IMG/VR virus record: IMGVR_UViG_3300012209_000005
Location: 1 to 64,000 of that record
Direction: 5' to 3' (one strand)
Length of the DNA: 64,000 nt
DNA from: a virus
Position 1 is the first letter of the stretch, and every line of letters begins with the position of its first letter. A program made the position numbers and the translations under genes. Shown in pieces: positions 34,099 through 43,357 of this stretch. Below the pieces are notes generated by a model, which saw nothing but the letters and a program-made list of their open reading frames with translations, was not told where the DNA came from and did not search any database.

Positions 34099-34662
34099 AT
34101 GTCAGGCAAAACCCGAATCCATGTGAAAACCCGGAATGAGATAAAACGTGAGCGTCGTCTTGTGGATACCCGTAACCATAAATGCTGGGGGTGGATGCCC
34201 GGGGGTATCGTTGTCGCGATGCTCTTTCCTCTTCACGGAGCGAACATAGGGACTCTCCTGAGAACCTGCGAGGCTGCGGGAGCATGCCTCGCGGTACCGC
34301 ACTACCCCTGGGTTCCGCAAGCGCTCAGCAAGGGCTACACGATCTCCCAGCGGGCACCTGTCCACTGGGCTAAGCCGACCTCGATGAGATGGCTGGAGCG
34401 AGAGCGTCAGCGGACAGGCGATGAGTATGTTAACATTATCGGCGTCGAGCTTGCCGATGAAGCGATCCGCCTCCCGAACCTGCCCGTGCGGGGGGAGCGC
34501 AGAACGATCATCGTCCTCGGGCATGAGCAAACAGGGATACCTCCGGAGGCCCTGGAAATGCTCGACATGACAGTTGAAATCCCGATGGTCGGCTCCGGAA
34601 GCACGCTAAACGTAGCGGTCGCAGGATCGCTTGTTCTTTACAAGCTAGCAGGGCTAAGTTGA
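34099..34662 (+). CDS. SpoU/TrmH-family (SPOUT) RNA 2'-O-methyltransferase
   Basis: NIGTLLRTCEA.G, IVLGHEQTGI, VEIPM.G....LNVAVAGS.VLY. Confidence 0.9.
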   Translation: MSGKTRIHVKTRNEIKRERRLVDTRNHKCWGWMPGGIVVAMLFPLHGANIGTLLRTCEAAGACLAVPHYPWVPQALSKGYTISQRAPVHWAKPTSMRWLERERQRTGDEYVNIIGVELADEAIRLPNLPVRGERRTIIVLGHEQTGIPPEALEMLDMTVEIPMVGSGSTLNVAVAGSLVLYKLAGLS

Positions 34663-35289
34663 AAACATTGCATGTTCCCCGGGACCTGAGTCACGTGGTG
34701 ATGTACGGCATGATCATGTGCGTGCTCTGCCAGCACGCCTGCTGCAAGGGCATCCTGTGCCCCTGCTGCAGGGAGAAGCACCCCTTGTACCGGGGAAGCG
34801 CAGCGTCACCCCCCCTGGAGGCGGTGTGACGACCACCCGGATCGCCACGGTCACCTGCGATCCTTGCGGGAGGCGGGAGCTGTCCCTGGGCGAGCACTGC
34901 GGGGGGCCCTTGCGGTGGGCCCAGGTCACCTGGGAGGAGCCCCCCGAGGACGGAAAGCACTACCGCCAGTACAAGGAGATGGACCTGTGCCCGGATCACC
35001 TGAACGAGTTCCTGAAGTGGGTAGCAGCGGAGCAGGAGAAGCAAACCTTTTCCGCAACCTGACCCCGGCGGAGATCACGGAGGTCATCAGCAAGCAGCGT
35101 CGTGAGGGGGTGAGCGTCTCGGTGGCCTCCTTCGAGGACTCCCGTAAGCACCGGGTTACCGCGATCCACTGGCGCCCGGGGGACCCGAACGCGCTGGCGG
35201 AGATGATCATCCGCAACGTCGGGGACGAGGAGGTCTCGCTCATCCTCGACGGGAATGCCTACGTGGTCAGGAAGGTATCCTGACCACAT

Positions 35290-35363
35290 GCGCCCGTAGC
35301 TCAGCGGAACAGAGCACTGCCCTCCGGAGGCAGGGGCCGGGAGTTCGAATCTCCCCGGGCGTG
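35290..35363 (+). tRNA. tRNA-Arg(CCG)
   Basis: ctgcc-CTCCGGA-ggcag. Confidence 0.9.
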
Positions 35364-35368
35364 CGCAT

Positions 35369-35440
35369 GGCGGTATGGCCGAGCGGCCCAGGCACGCGAC
35401 TGCAAATCGCGTCACGCGAGTTCGACTCTCGCTTCCGCCT
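35369..35440 (+). tRNA. tRNA-Cys(GCA)
   Basis: cgcga-CTGCAAA-tcgcg, U73. Confidence 0.9.
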
Positions 35441-35457
35441 CTCACGGAATACCATTT

Positions 35458-35533
35458 CGGCCTGTAGCTAAACAGGATAAAGCACCCGCCTCCTAAGCGG
35501 GAGATCATGCCCGTTCGAATCGGGTCAGGCCGG
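35458..35533 (+). tRNA. tRNA-Arg(CCT)
   Basis: cccgc-CTCCTAA-gcggg. Confidence 0.88.
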
Positions 35534-35723
35534 CGCACCAGTGAAACGAAAGAAGGTGAGACACGTGCACATCGGACATTACGTGAAGGACATCCTGGAG
35601 ACGGTCGCGCTCGTCGGCGCGCTCGTCGGCTTCGTCATCGGGCTGGTCACCGCCCGCATCGCCGGCAAGATCCGCCGGCGCAAGTCCCGCTGACGGGCTG
35701 GCTTTCCGGCTATCATCTGAGAA

Positions 35724-36233
35724 ATGACGCAGCAACCGAGTTCACTCGTCATCCGGCGCTTGAGCGACTCATCCCCGACCCTGCTCGATCAGTCGGGGAT
35801 GAAAGTCGCGGAGGCTGCGGCGATGCTGGCGAAATGCACCCGGCGTCAGTGCGGCGCGGCCATCTTCGGCCCCGACACCCGGATTATTTCCACGGGGCGC
35901 AACGGGGCTCCCGCGGGGTGGCCGCATTGCACGGACGGCGCCTGCCCGAGGGGCAGGCACTACCCGAGGCATAACCCCGAAAGGGCGAAGCTCTGCTTCC
36001 CGCAGCTATGCGCATGCGGGCTGCCCCACCCGTGCCCGGAGTACGTCCAGCCTTACGAGCCCTACGACAAGGGCCCGGGGCTGTGCACCGCCATCCACGC
36101 GGAAGCTAACGCGATCATCTACGCCGGGTACAGCCGGCTGCCCGGGGCCCGCATCTACATCACGGACGCGCCCTGCCACACCTGCACGCTGCTCATCGCG
36201 GCGACGGGGATCGCCGAGGCGGTCATCCCGTGA
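35724..36233 (+). CDS. dCMP deaminase family protein
   Basis: C.RRQ.GA.I, IISTG.NG, HAEANAII, PC..C; start may be 35799. Confidence 0.85.
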   Translation: MTQQPSSLVIRRLSDSSPTLLDQSGMKVAEAAAMLAKCTRRQCGAAIFGPDTRIISTGRNGAPAGWPHCTDGACPRGRHYPRHNPERAKLCFPQLCACGLPHPCPEYVQPYEPYDKGPGLCTAIHAEANAIIYAGYSRLPGARIYITDAPCHTCTLLIAATGIAEAVIP

Positions 36234-36689
36234 GCAGCAACGTGGGCGAGGGCTACGCCTTCTGGAAATGCGAGAAGTGCGACGTGACGGGGAAAGACGA
36301 TATCGTCAACGGCAGGATCACATGCTGGAGCTGCGGCAGCAGCAAGCACGTGACCTTCACCCGGTCGGTGACCTACCGGCGGGGGGGGTGGTAGCTGATG
36401 GCGGTCAGCACCTGCAACCAGGTGGGCAGCTGCAGCTGCACATGCGAGGAATGCCGCCCGGCGGGAGGGCGACGGGCCACTCACTGCTGGCAGCATAAGG
36501 GGACCGCGGGCTGCCATTTCGGCTGCCGCAGTTAGCGCGCCATCCAGAGCACGATCATCGCCGCGAGCGACAGGGAGATCACGCCGAAGTATGCTGTCAC
36601 CGTGCGGTCCTGCGTGATCATCCACCAGGCGAACTGCAGGTGAGTCAGGTGGCTGCCAGCTTGCCCGTGGCGCCCTCGTCCCGAGGTCC

Positions 36690-37460
36690 TCACGAGACTG
36701 CCCTCAGGTCCGCTCCCGCGAGCCTGTGCGTCCCTCTCAGCCATGTCTGGCAGTCCGGGCATATGTACCTGGGGTACGCGCTCAAAGCGGTGTAAGCGCA
36801 TCCTGAGCGCTCCACGGAGGTACCCCCGCACTGGGGACAGCGCAGGTCCCCGTCCTCTCCCCCGTGGGCGGCGGAGCCGCGCCCCCCGTCGATGACCGCG
36901 TAGCTGGGGTGGGCGGGAATCCACGGGAGGATGCGCCGGTACAGGTCCTCGTTGGCGAACACGTCCCCGCAGTTGTACTCCTCCATCTTCCGCTGCGCCC
37001 GGGTGTCCCCGTCCATGACCTTCGTCCACAGGGAGAAGCCCTCGTGCTCCAGCTTGTGCGCGGTGCCCAGCGCCTGCGACACCGATTTCAGCGAGCTGGA
37101 CATGAAACTGAACTGCCTGCGGACAGCCTTGTACAGGTCAATCTGGGCGTACGGGGACGGCGGCGGCAGCCCTGCCTGCGCGAACTCCGTGTTGATATGC
37201 GGGATGTCGAAGCGCTTCCCGTTATAGTGCAACACCGCGTCGGCCTGGTCAAGCAAGTCCCAGATCTGGCGGAGCATCGCCTCGGTGCCGTCGTCCCACT
37301 CGCTGAAAAAGAAAATGTCGTCCTCCCCCACCCACTTGCCTGCGAAGCAGAGCATATGGCGGGGTCGGACGATTTTCTCCGGGGTGACATACCGGGTTCT
37401 CAGGTCCCACACGTAGACAAGCGCCGGAGCCGACTCGATGTCCAAATTCAAAATACGCAT
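36690..37460 (-). CDS. RNase H-like 3'-5' exonuclease (DnaQ/PolB-exo like) with C-terminal Zn ribbon
   Basis: LDIE, HYNGKRFDIP, Y...DV motifs; CPQCG...CPDC. Confidence 0.85.
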   Translation of the reverse strand: MRILNLDIESAPALVYVWDLRTRYVTPEKIVRPRHMLCFAGKWVGEDDIFFFSEWDDGTEAMLRQIWDLLDQADAVLHYNGKRFDIPHINTEFAQAGLPPPSPYAQIDLYKAVRRQFSFMSSSLKSVSQALGTAHKLEHEGFSLWTKVMDGDTRAQRKMEEYNCGDVFANEDLYRRILPWIPAHPSYAVIDGGRGSAAHGGEDGDLRCPQCGGTSVERSGCAYTALSAYPRYICPDCQTWLRGTHRLAGADLRAVS

Positions 37461-37466
37461 GCGCGT

Positions 37467-37637
37467 CTACTTGGCAGCGGGCGGATCGGTCTTGTTGGGT
37501 ACCGCGTAAACGCCTGCCGCCATTGCTATCGCGACCGCGGCGGCAACATAGTGATTGCCCCCGTAGTACATCTGGGCGAAGGTGAGCGCCTGCCCGAGGA
37601 AGGCGGCGATCGCCTTGGCGTATTTACCGAGCTTCAT
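37467..37637 (-). CDS. holin-like membrane protein
   Basis: MKLGKYAKAIAAFLG...AAGVYAVPN, 56 aa, downstream of lysin. Confidence 0.7.
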   Translation of the reverse strand: MKLGKYAKAIAAFLGQALTFAQMYYGGNHYVAAAVAIAMAAGVYAVPNKTDPPAAK

Positions 37638-37769
37638 CGTGCTCCGTTCAGACGGCGACGATCCTGGTGATCATCCGGCAGTTGACGCACCTGATCCAGT
37701 CGCACTGGGAGTTGCTGCAGTGCTCCTCGGTCCGGGTGCTCAGGCAATGCGGGCAGTCGGGAGTGGCGG

Positions 37770-38642
37770 TCATGCGGTCACCTGGAGGGTGGCATGCGGC
37801 GGCGCCGACGGCCCCCCGTTCGCCCACACCAGGATGTTGTACGTCCACCCGCGGGTGAGCCCGCTGACAAGCGCCGAGTTCACCGGGGTGACCAGGTTGG
37901 CCTCCGTCTTGCCGTTCAGCTGGATCACGCGCACCGTGTAGCCGGCCGCGGGCTTGCCCGCGAGAGTCACCGGGTCCCAGTTGAGGGTGATAGCCACCCC
38001 GCCGACGTGCAGGTTCTTCGGCGCGGGGAACGTGTCGGGGACAGGGGGGGGCGTATTGGTGACCAGCGCCCTGAACTGGGCGATGGAACCCTTGTAGGCG
38101 TTCATGTCCACCGGGGCGTGCCCGTTGAAGGTGGCGCTGGACGTGTACTGCCACACCGCCGGGGTCATCCCGCCGTAAGCCGTCCAGCCAGGGCCGGCGT
38201 CGGAGTACGCGGTGTAGTTGCTGGACACCAGGTGCATCGTGCGGCTGGCGAAACCCGCCAGCGACGGGGAGCCAAGCTCCTGCCAGTACCAGTGCGGGAA
38301 GTACAGAAGGTGGACGGTGCCGCCGAGCTTGCGGTACTCATCGGTGAAAGCCTCCGCGTCCGCCACCGAAGGCTTTGTGGTAGACGGCTCGAAGTCCACC
38401 ATGAGGGGAATGCCCTTGCCTGTCACGGCGAAGGCATGCTGTGCCTGCCCGGGGCCGTTGCCGTGCTCCAGGAAATGGTAGGCGCAGAAAAATGCCCCCG
38501 CGCTGGCTGCCCTGGCTTTCGCGGGAGAGTAATCGGGGTTGACGTACGCGGTGCCCTGGGTGGCTTTCACCATGGCAACGGGAGCCCCGTGGAAGGAAAT
38601 CCCCGCCTGCCGCGAGGAGACATCCGGGAAGAAGATTGTCAC
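37770..38642 (-). CDS. endolysin, GH25 muramidase with C-terminal FN3-like domain
   Basis: DVS..Q, KATQGT.YVNP, AYHF, DFE, WQYTS, VDMN; P.P.NL...L.WD.V....Y.V. Confidence 0.9.
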   Translation of the reverse strand: MTIFFPDVSSRQAGISFHGAPVAMVKATQGTAYVNPDYSPAKARAASAGAFFCAYHFLEHGNGPGQAQHAFAVTGKGIPLMVDFEPSTTKPSVADAEAFTDEYRKLGGTVHLLYFPHWYWQELGSPSLAGFASRTMHLVSSNYTAYSDAGPGWTAYGGMTPAVWQYTSSATFNGHAPVDMNAYKGSIAQFRALVTNTPPPVPDTFPAPKNLHVGGVAITLNWDPVTLAGKPAAGYTVRVIQLNGKTEANLVTPVNSALVSGLTRGWTYNILVWANGGPSAPPHATLQVTA

Positions 38643-38817
38643 AATTCGGAGGGTACAGGGTAATGGCCGTCCCTGTCATCAACTCTTGGCCTTCTGGGCC
38701 TTAACCACTGTGGCGCGCTCGTCCAGCAGCCTGTCCATGTATCCCCAGGCCGTCTTCCACCCGGCGGTGCCCCGCACCGAATCCTGGATGCGGGCGCGGA
38801 CCTGCCTGATATCCGCG

Positions 38818-39258
38818 TCAATCTGCTTCAGGGTGCGCACTTTTCATCGCCTCCAGCAATGCGAGGATTCTCTCCGTGTCCTCGAAAGCCTTAGCCGCAC
38901 GGGCATCCGATGCCCGTGCCGTCACATCCTGGCCGACGAGTATCACCGACAGGAGGACCAGCTGGATGTACGTCTGGGCGGTCCACGCGACGAGCGCGAT
39001 CAGCCCCGTCGCGATCAGCCACGAGGGGAAGACATGCAAGTGGAATGCCTGGGTGATGACCGCCGGGAAGGAGAGCAGCGCCAGCAGGCTGAAGGCGTAC
39101 GCGCAGGTGATCGTGCCCACCCGGGCGGTGACCGCTATAGCCAGCCGCTTGTTGAAGCGCTGGTAGGGGGAATCCGCTTTATGGTAGTCGGATGTCCTCA
39201 GGTGCACCGGGTGGTGCCCGTGGCGCGTGAATCCGAAGTGCGGTGACACATGATCCAT
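38818..39258 (-). CDS. membrane protein (DUF1003-like)
   Basis: N.RLA..VT..VGT..CAY.F, QLVLLSVILVGQ; start uncertain. Confidence 0.65.
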   Translation of the reverse strand: MDHVSPHFGFTRHGHHPVHLRTSDYHKADSPYQRFNKRLAIAVTARVGTITCAYAFSLLALLSFPAVITQAFHLHVFPSWLIATGLIALVAWTAQTYIQLVLLSVILVGQDVTARASDARAAKAFEDTERILALLEAMKSAHPEAD

Positions 39259-39678
39259 TTCTCCGTGCACGTTGCGCACCACTTGGTGTCCGTGAAAACC
39301 GGGCACCAGCTTCCGCAGCGCCAGCAGTAGTTAACCATCACACAGGCCTTCGGGGATACTATGATCACACCCGCAGGGACGCCTGCAGCTGCGATGCCAG
39401 GATGCGGACAGCACCAGGATACCGTGGGCGAACCCCGGGGGGAGCGCAGCTTCGCTGCCCGGGGGAGGATCAACAGGGATCTCGTCGAGGAGCATCACCG
39501 CGACCTGGCAGTAGCGACAGGTTACACCGCCCTGTCCCACCTTCCTGAAATGCACCACAGGAGCAATCCTATGACCGTGAACAGGGTCCACGACCACGCG
39601 CCGTGGTGGATGTTCCAGGCGTTGAAGATGACGGCCAGGGCGAACGAGATGATGGCGAGCAGGTGAACCACATGCCTC

Positions 39679-40098
39679 CTAAGGGTAGAGCTTCCGGCAG
39701 TCAACCGGGCGGAAAACGCCGTCCACGTACGCGAAAAGCTTCCGGATGATCTCCTGCTGGCCCGCGGTCTGCGGCTTGCCCGCGGTGGCGATGGCGACGA
39801 ACTTATGCCATACCTGGTCGCTGCTCACCCGGAAGGTATTCCCGATGGTTTCGCAGGAGTTCAGCTGCGCCGCGTGAATCCGCTGGGCGGCGGCATGGTT
39901 GCTCCACCAGCTCAGCCCGATGGCGAGGGCCGCGATGACCACGGTGGCTACCGCCGCCTGGAAGACGCGCTGCTTCCACTTGATGATCGATGTCATCGCG
40001 GCGGTCAGCTTGTCCAGTGAGTCTTCCAGGGCCTGCGCGGTGGACAGGGCCTCCCGCTCGTCGTCGTCCCTGCCGTCACCCGGCGGCGGTGCTGTCAT
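39679..40098 (-). CDS. membrane protein (lysis region)
   Basis: single TM, C-terminal Cys pair. Confidence 0.6.
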   Translation of the reverse strand: MTAPPPGDGRDDDEREALSTAQALEDSLDKLTAAMTSIIKWKQRVFQAAVATVVIAALAIGLSWWSNHAAAQRIHAAQLNSCETIGNTFRVSSDQVWHKFVAIATAGKPQTAGQQEIIRKLFAYVDGVFRPVDCRKLYP

Positions 40099-40169
40099 CT
40101 CCCCCTCCTCCGTTCCTGCGCAGGGTCTCGGCGAGCCTGGCGACAGTCTCCTGCAGCACCTCGGTAAGC

Positions 40170-40634
40170 TCACCCGCCTGCCTGACCAGCCGGTCGATTT
40201 CCATGTCTTTCGCCTTCACCCGCAGGGGAAGCGGACTCGGGCCGGGAGCTGGTGGCCGTGCCCTGAATCTGAAGAACCTCATCGCGCCCGAGCCTTTCTC
40301 CGATAGCGACAATAGCCATCTCCAGTTCCTTCAGGGTGGTCACCATTCCCGCGATCATCGGCAGGATGCTGCCCGCCTGGCTGTCAATCAGCCTGTCCCG
40401 CTGCTCGGTGGTTTTCGTCAGCTGGGCGAGCAGGGAGTCGCGCATCTGCGCGGACTGCTGCCACAAGATGTCGGCGTCGGAGGTCCCGATCCGCCCGCTG
40501 GTCTTGCGGCGCACCCCGTACCAGGTGGCGATGCCCCCGGCGGCGGAGCCGATGATCGCGGCGATGACGGCGATCACCTCGGCGAAAAAGCTGGAATGGC
40601 TGACGGCCTCGGCTGCCAGCAGGGCGAGGCTCAT
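40170..40634 (-). CDS. membrane protein with coiled coil (lysis region)
   Basis: N-terminal TM. Confidence 0.6.
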   Translation of the reverse strand: MSLALLAAEAVSHSSFFAEVIAVIAAIIGSAAGGIATWYGVRRKTSGRIGTSDADILWQQSAQMRDSLLAQLTKTTEQRDRLIDSQAGSILPMIAGMVTTLKELEMAIVAIGERLGRDEVLQIQGTATSSRPESASPAGEGERHGNRPAGQAGG

Positions 40635-40663
40635 CGCCGTGCCTTTCCTTTACCCGGGGAGCA

Positions 40664-40975
40664 TTACCTCGGGCCGATGATCGCCCGCATCGATGTAGCG
40701 TAGATGTACGCGCTGCCCGGCTGCGGGTACGTCCCGGGGGGCAGCCCGGTCAGGTAAATCTGCGCCAGGGCATTCGCGTCGGCGAGAGCCGAGCGGATCA
40801 TCGGCAGGTCGCCGGCGGTGAAGCCGATAGCCTCCATGTCGGCATCGGTCTGCGCGGACACCCACTTGTACATATCCACGATCTCCGTGAAAGTGTCGCG
40901 CATATTCACCAGGAACTGGGTGGTACGGTTGACGACAGTACCGACATTGGCGTCGCCGGCGGTGAAAATGGTCAC
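40664..40975 (-). CDS. hypothetical tail-associated protein
   Basis: follows the last minor tail gene. Confidence 0.65.
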   Translation of the reverse strand: MTIFTAGDANVGTVVNRTTQFLVNMRDTFTEIVDMYKWVSAQTDADMEAIGFTAGDLPMIRSALADANALAQIYLTGLPPGTYPQPGSAYIYATSMRAIIGPR

Positions 40976-40978
40976 ACG

Positions 40979-43351
40979 TTAAGGTCCTCTCCTGGTGAAC
41001 AGGCTGCTCTGCCCGGTAAGGGTCTGCCCGGCCGGGCTGGTGCTCCACCTCGCGGCGACGGATACCGTGTTCGCGATAGTCGTGTTAATCGCCTTGCTCA
41101 GCGTCATCCCGTCGGTGTTCCACGAGGTGGTGGCGAGGCGGTTCTGCGAGGAGTCATTCATCGTCCCCTCCGCCCAGCCGTTGAAACTCCCCCCCGAGCC
41201 TGTCCCCGTGCACAGGATATGAATATTCACGTGCCCGACGACATTGTTCCCGACCGCGACATTCTGGATAGGGACCAGGTTCTGGAATGTCCCGTTCAGG
41301 ATGTAGCCGATGTTAAGGATGGAGCCGTTTTCGAAAGTGCCCGTATAGGGAACCTCGATCTTGTACTCGGTCCCGTTCTGGGCGTCATTCGCGTTGATCA
41401 CCCAGCCTTTCGTGATGCTCGTCGCCACCGTCGAGTTGCCCAGGGTGTTCGTGCCCGTGTCCGTCTGGGAGCTGTTGATCGCCCCGGTCAGCCCGCTGGT
41501 GTTGACGACATTCAGCGTGGCGTTAGTATCCGCGGCGATGATCCCGCCGATCGATGACGGCCCCGGCAGCGAGCCCTGGGTGATGAACGTGTGCTGGACG
41601 GTCGTCGACCCCGGGTTGTAGGCGTTCCCGTAGACGTCGGTGCCGCCGCCCGGGGCGAAAGCCCCCACCAGGGTGTTCCCCGCGTTATAGGAGACGGTCA
41701 CCTTGCCGTCCGCGCCGTTGCCCGCAAGCTCCGTGGTGCTGCCCGCGGGGGTGTAATTCACCGTCAGGTACGGGGTGTTGCTGTTGTTGCTGGAGCTGTA
41801 CCCGTAGAAAACCCCGTAGGCGGCCAGGTTGCCCGGGGTGGTGAAACTCCCCGCCGGCCCGATGACGATCGCGGTGAAGTCGCTGGTGAGATGCGCGGGC
41901 AGCCAGCTGGTGAGGTTGTAGGTGGTGGAGCTGTTCTGGGCGACGTGGAACGTGGACTGCGCCTCGTGCGTCCCCGCGCCCGGGATGAACGTCGTGCCGA
42001 AAGTCCCGGTGAACGTCGTGTACCCGATGGCCACGGTCATCCCGCTGCTCTGCCCGGTGCCCAGGTTGTCCAGGTGCAGGTAGATGCTGTTGATGGTGGC
42101 GCCCGCCAGGTCCGAGCGCATCTGGCGGTAGTTGTACAGCAGGAACCCGTACTGGTCGCCGGTGGCGCCCTGCCCGTTGGACCCCTGGTAGACGGAGCTT
42201 TCCACGCTGCGGAAGTAGTTGGGGGGGTTATGCTGGGACCCGAAGTAGCTGACCGACCCGGTGGGGTAGTACTTCTTCGTCTGGGACCCCAGCCCGGCCC
42301 CGGCCCCCGCGCCGCCGCCGGCGCCCCCCGGAGCAGACCCGTTCACGCCGTTGGCGGCGTTATTCCCCCCGGCCCCGCCCGCGCCGCCGTCCGTCGGGGC
42401 GCCCCCGCCTGCGGCCCCGGTGCTGCTGTTGGACACGCTGCCCGCGTTGCCCCCGGCGGCGCTGCCCCCCGACGAGCCGCCGCCGTTGCCCCCGAGGAAG
42501 CCGTTGGAGGTACCCCCGGTGCCCCCGGGCTCCTCGGTGGTGTCGCTGGAGCCGACGCCCCCCGTCCCGCCGGCGAAGTTCAGCCCCGCCTGCCCCGGGT
42601 TGGCGTACACCAGGTTGGTGCCCCCGGCGTCGGTGAACAGGGAGGCGCCGCCACTGGACCCGGGCGTGTTCGTCGCCCCCCCGGAGCCGCCGCCGCCGAC
42701 GATCACCTGGTACACCTGCCCGGGGACGACGGCAAGCGTGGGCTCCGCCGCGTACTCCCCGCCGCCACCGCCCTCGCCGCCCTGGGTCGCGCTGCCCCCG
42801 CCGCCGCCGGCGCCGCCGCCGATGCATACCACGTTCGCCTGGGTGATATTCGTCGGGCACGTCCAGGAGTACGTGCCGGCGGTGGAGTAGGTGGCCACCG
42901 ACGACCCGTTCGTGTACGACAGGACCGCGCCGCCGGAGCTGTTGAGCACGTGAAGGACGGAGGTGGTGGTGCCGCCGCTGATCGACGGGGATGTCAGCTG
43001 CCCGCTGGCGATCAGCGAGCCCAGCAGGGTGGACGTGGAATCCAGCGACACCCCGGTCTGGGTGACCCCGCTGAGCTGCCCGGAGTTGATCACCACCCCC
43101 GCCGGGTAGGTGTTCCCGAACTGGTCGGTGCCCGGGGCCGCCGCGATCGACAGGCTCAGGCTGTCCGTCGCGGGGATGCCCTCGTAGACGAACACGCCGC
43201 TGTCGGCGATCGAGGACACGTTGAGCACCGTGGTGTTCAGCGTCATCTGCGACGCCCCCAGGGCGCTCCCCGGGATGATGGAGGCGGCGGAGCCGGTGGA
43301 GGCGACAGCGGTGGCCGCGGAGTAGGGGTCCGGCGGGATGGGAGTGGTCAC
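40979..43351 (-). CDS. minor tail protein, glycine-rich
   Basis: GGGAGGGG/GGGGGEY glycine-rich domain, position after tape measure. Confidence 0.8.
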   Translation of the reverse strand: MTTPIPPDPYSAATAVASTGSAASIIPGSALGASQMTLNTTVLNVSSIADSGVFVYEGIPATDSLSLSIAAAPGTDQFGNTYPAGVVINSGQLSGVTQTGVSLDSTSTLLGSLIASGQLTSPSISGGTTTSVLHVLNSSGGAVLSYTNGSSVATYSTAGTYSWTCPTNITQANVVCIGGGAGGGGGSATQGGEGGGGGEYAAEPTLAVVPGQVYQVIVGGGGSGGATNTPGSSGGASLFTDAGGTNLVYANPGQAGLNFAGGTGGVGSSDTTEEPGGTGGTSNGFLGGNGGGSSGGSAAGGNAGSVSNSSTGAAGGGAPTDGGAGGAGGNNAANGVNGSAPGGAGGGAGAGAGLGSQTKKYYPTGSVSYFGSQHNPPNYFRSVESSVYQGSNGQGATGDQYGFLLYNYRQMRSDLAGATINSIYLHLDNLGTGQSSGMTVAIGYTTFTGTFGTTFIPGAGTHEAQSTFHVAQNSSTTYNLTSWLPAHLTSDFTAIVIGPAGSFTTPGNLAAYGVFYGYSSSNNSNTPYLTVNYTPAGSTTELAGNGADGKVTVSYNAGNTLVGAFAPGGGTDVYGNAYNPGSTTVQHTFITQGSLPGPSSIGGIIAADTNATLNVVNTSGLTGAINSSQTDTGTNTLGNSTVATSITKGWVINANDAQNGTEYKIEVPYTGTFENGSILNIGYILNGTFQNLVPIQNVAVGNNVVGHVNIHILCTGTGSGGSFNGWAEGTMNDSSQNRLATTSWNTDGMTLSKAINTTIANTVSVAARWSTSPAGQTLTGQSSLFTRRGP

Positions 43352-43357
43352 ACGCTC

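Noticed and set aside
18426-35538. Numerous - strand ORFs with GFEP/GIEP/DSNP motifs
   Set aside because: These are translations of the antisense of tRNA T-arms, not proteins
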